DNA from: the human T2T-CHM13v2.0 reference genome, Homo sapiens
DNA length: 64,000 bases
Assembly (NCBI RefSeq): GCF_009914755.1
Contig: NC_060929.1
Direction: 5' to 3' (one strand)
This document shows, piece by piece, positions 61,817-64,000 of this stretch. Below the pieces are notes generated by a model. It did no database searches. It saw nothing but the letters and a program-made list of their open reading frames with translations, and had not been told where the DNA came from. The stretch's first letter is position 1. Each line of letters starts with the position of its first letter. The position numbers and the translations under genes were made by a program.

Positions 61817-64000
61817 GTGACATGATTTTCATATATAGAAAGCCCTGCAAATTACATACACACACATACAAACTGTTAACACAAATAAAGGAATTTAGCA
61901 AAACTGAAGGATAAAAAATCCACAAGGAGTTCTGGCAGGAAGCATGGTGGGAAGCAGAGTGCAGTCAGCTGCTTTGGGGACCTGCAGGCCCTCTGGCCTT
62001 GGAGGTGCAGATGAGCTGGGGGCCCGGGCCTGGCGGCAGGCTCTGTCCTCCAGGCTCCCAAAGGCCTTGCTGTGGCTCCCACCAGCTGGGCCCAGGCCTG
62101 AAGCAGCGACAAACCTCTTTTCCCACCCCACCTCAGTGACCTGGTGGCCATCTGGTCTCCCAGCCAACTTTGCCCAGCCTAGACAAAGCCCCCGATGGCT
62201 GCTGGGATGCAGCACCTTTGGGTGGCGGTGGGTGTGGACAACTCATGTTTATTAAATAATTATGTGTGTATTTCCAAGTTCCTGATTGAAAAATGGAGGT
62301 TTAGAGAGGTAAAAATAGGTTGCCTCAAGTGACACAGTCAGGGAACTTCTGGGTTTTTTGGAGTCTTTCTGGCCTCTGGAGACCTGTCTTTAGCAAGTTG
62401 CCTGGAGGCCAGGGGCTGCCCCTGTTCCTTACTCTTCTGCATAGCCCTCAGGTAGGGACAGAGCTCAAATTTTAAGTTGAGCAGCACCCATGTGCACCTG
62501 CAGCAGGTGTTGCAAGTGGTTCTTGGCTACCTTCTTCACACACAGGGCTCATCAAAGGTTATTTCAAAGAGGCCCTCTGCCTTCTGGGTGTCCAGACACA
62601 GTTGACTACATCAGTAGGCTCATGCTGGGGTCGACTGGAAAGGGGTGGGCTCCTCAGGATTCTGGGCTAGCTGTTTATTTTGGTTGTTCAACCCTGACAG
62701 AGGCCACAGACTCAGAACCAGAGGGAGTCCTCTCAACAGAATTTGAGGCCTGCAGCTCAAGCTGGAATACAAGACTCCAGCTTGAAAGGCTTTTCCAACA
62801 TCTGAGTGCCTGCTGCAGGGGATGGAGAAGAAAGGCTTTCAGAGCCCAAAGAGCCTTAGATCATCAAGGCAACTCCCTCATGTGACAGGTGAGAAACCCA
62901 GGGTGCAGAGAGGGATAGGTTGAGAGTCATCTAAAGTCACACAGCAAGCTGATACATCAGCCAGGATTCAAAACCATGTGTCCTGGCCTTTGGATTCTGA
63001 GTCCCATGGTGGGGTTGACTCAGGTGTTTGCTGGCAGCACTGCTCTCCTGCAAAGCCAACCCCAATACCCTAAGATACCTAATTGGTGGTGTTCTAGTGG
63101 ACCTGAACTGGCACTTTGGCTGCATGTGATGAGGTACACAGCCCTTTGTGAACTTCCTTCCTCCAGCTCACACCCACAGCTCTGGATGTGGGCCCCTTTA
63201 AGCACAAGGTTGAAGCAAAAGGGGAAAAATGGAAGGGAGAGGCTGAGGAAGAAGAGGCAAAAGAAGGGAGTGGAAGGAGGGAAAAAGTGAAGAGAAAGTG
63301 AATGCAGTTGAATTTCTGCAGATAAAAGCTCCAAAGTGGGGCAGCTGTCACACTGGGTTAATTTCCTGAAGTCGAATGACCTTGGAAATGTCACTTTCTG
63401 CTGGTTTGTCCTATCATGCTGTACCAGGACTTAGCTTCCTAGAGATAGGAAATTAGTCTGGCAGCAGCAAAATCCAAGCAGGCTGACCTTACCATCCCCG
63501 CAGCCAGCTGGGCCTGGATGGCCATTTCCTAAGCCTGTCACTCTTCCAGTCTGGATGTTTACTTGAGGGGATGGGAAGGTGGGCTCCTGAGCGAGGAAGG
63601 CCATGTAAGCCTCGGGTTCCTCCAAGCCTGCTCTTGATGATGAGGTTCCTAAGCTCCCTCCCCTACCCAGCCTGCTTTCAGGAAAGACCGAGTTCAGTCA
63701 AACCTGAGGGTTAGGATCTGTACAGCCTCTCCCACAGGCCTGGACAGTTAAGGCTCATCACCCAAAGGAAAAAAAAAACGTGTTTCCCTGAAGGACTGGA
63801 GCAGGAGGAGAAGACATTTAGGACCAGCGCCCTTTTTTAAGCTCTTTGAAATAAAAACATATTCATATATTGATCAAATATTTGAGTGCCTATTGAATGC
63901 CATGCACTGCTATAGGACTTTGAGAGGGCATCAGATTCACACTAATATAGATTAGAATCTAGGCTCTGCTACTAACAAACTGGAAACTTTGGCAGGTTAC

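Noticed and set aside
61876-63394. GC-richer stretch with several 90-130 aa ORFs in the GLRA1 intron
   Set aside because: No recognisable protein similarity or consistent exon structure, and it is CpG-poor, so not an island.

Overview
Primate (apparently human, 5q33.1-like) genomic DNA with two convergent genes. On the + strand are the last seven coding exons of G3BP1 (463-9075) and a 3' UTR with several candidate poly(A) signals out to about 17.76 kb. On the - strand are the last five coding exons of the glycine receptor alpha-1 gene GLRA1 (61378 down to stop at 27657). The 22.3-kb GLRA1 intron at 34052-56384 is a deep nest of insertions: a near full-length old L1MB-type LINE that itself contains a full-length L1PA7-like element, MaLR LTRs and many Alus, plus a MER68/MER21-like LTR carrying a processed GLUL pseudogene, which in turn carries an Alu with a ~510-bp expanded microsatellite tail. 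Removing these insertions leaves an old, degenerate ~35-bp tandem array that seems to have made up most of the ancestral intron. This array, a 21-bp copy of it inside the neighbouring L1, a cluster of L2-derived miR-28/708 sites in the long G3BP1 UTR and a possible L1-antisense-promoter/GLRA1 C-terminal chimera are the main leads. Repeat subfamily names and exon numbers come from recall, not from a search.
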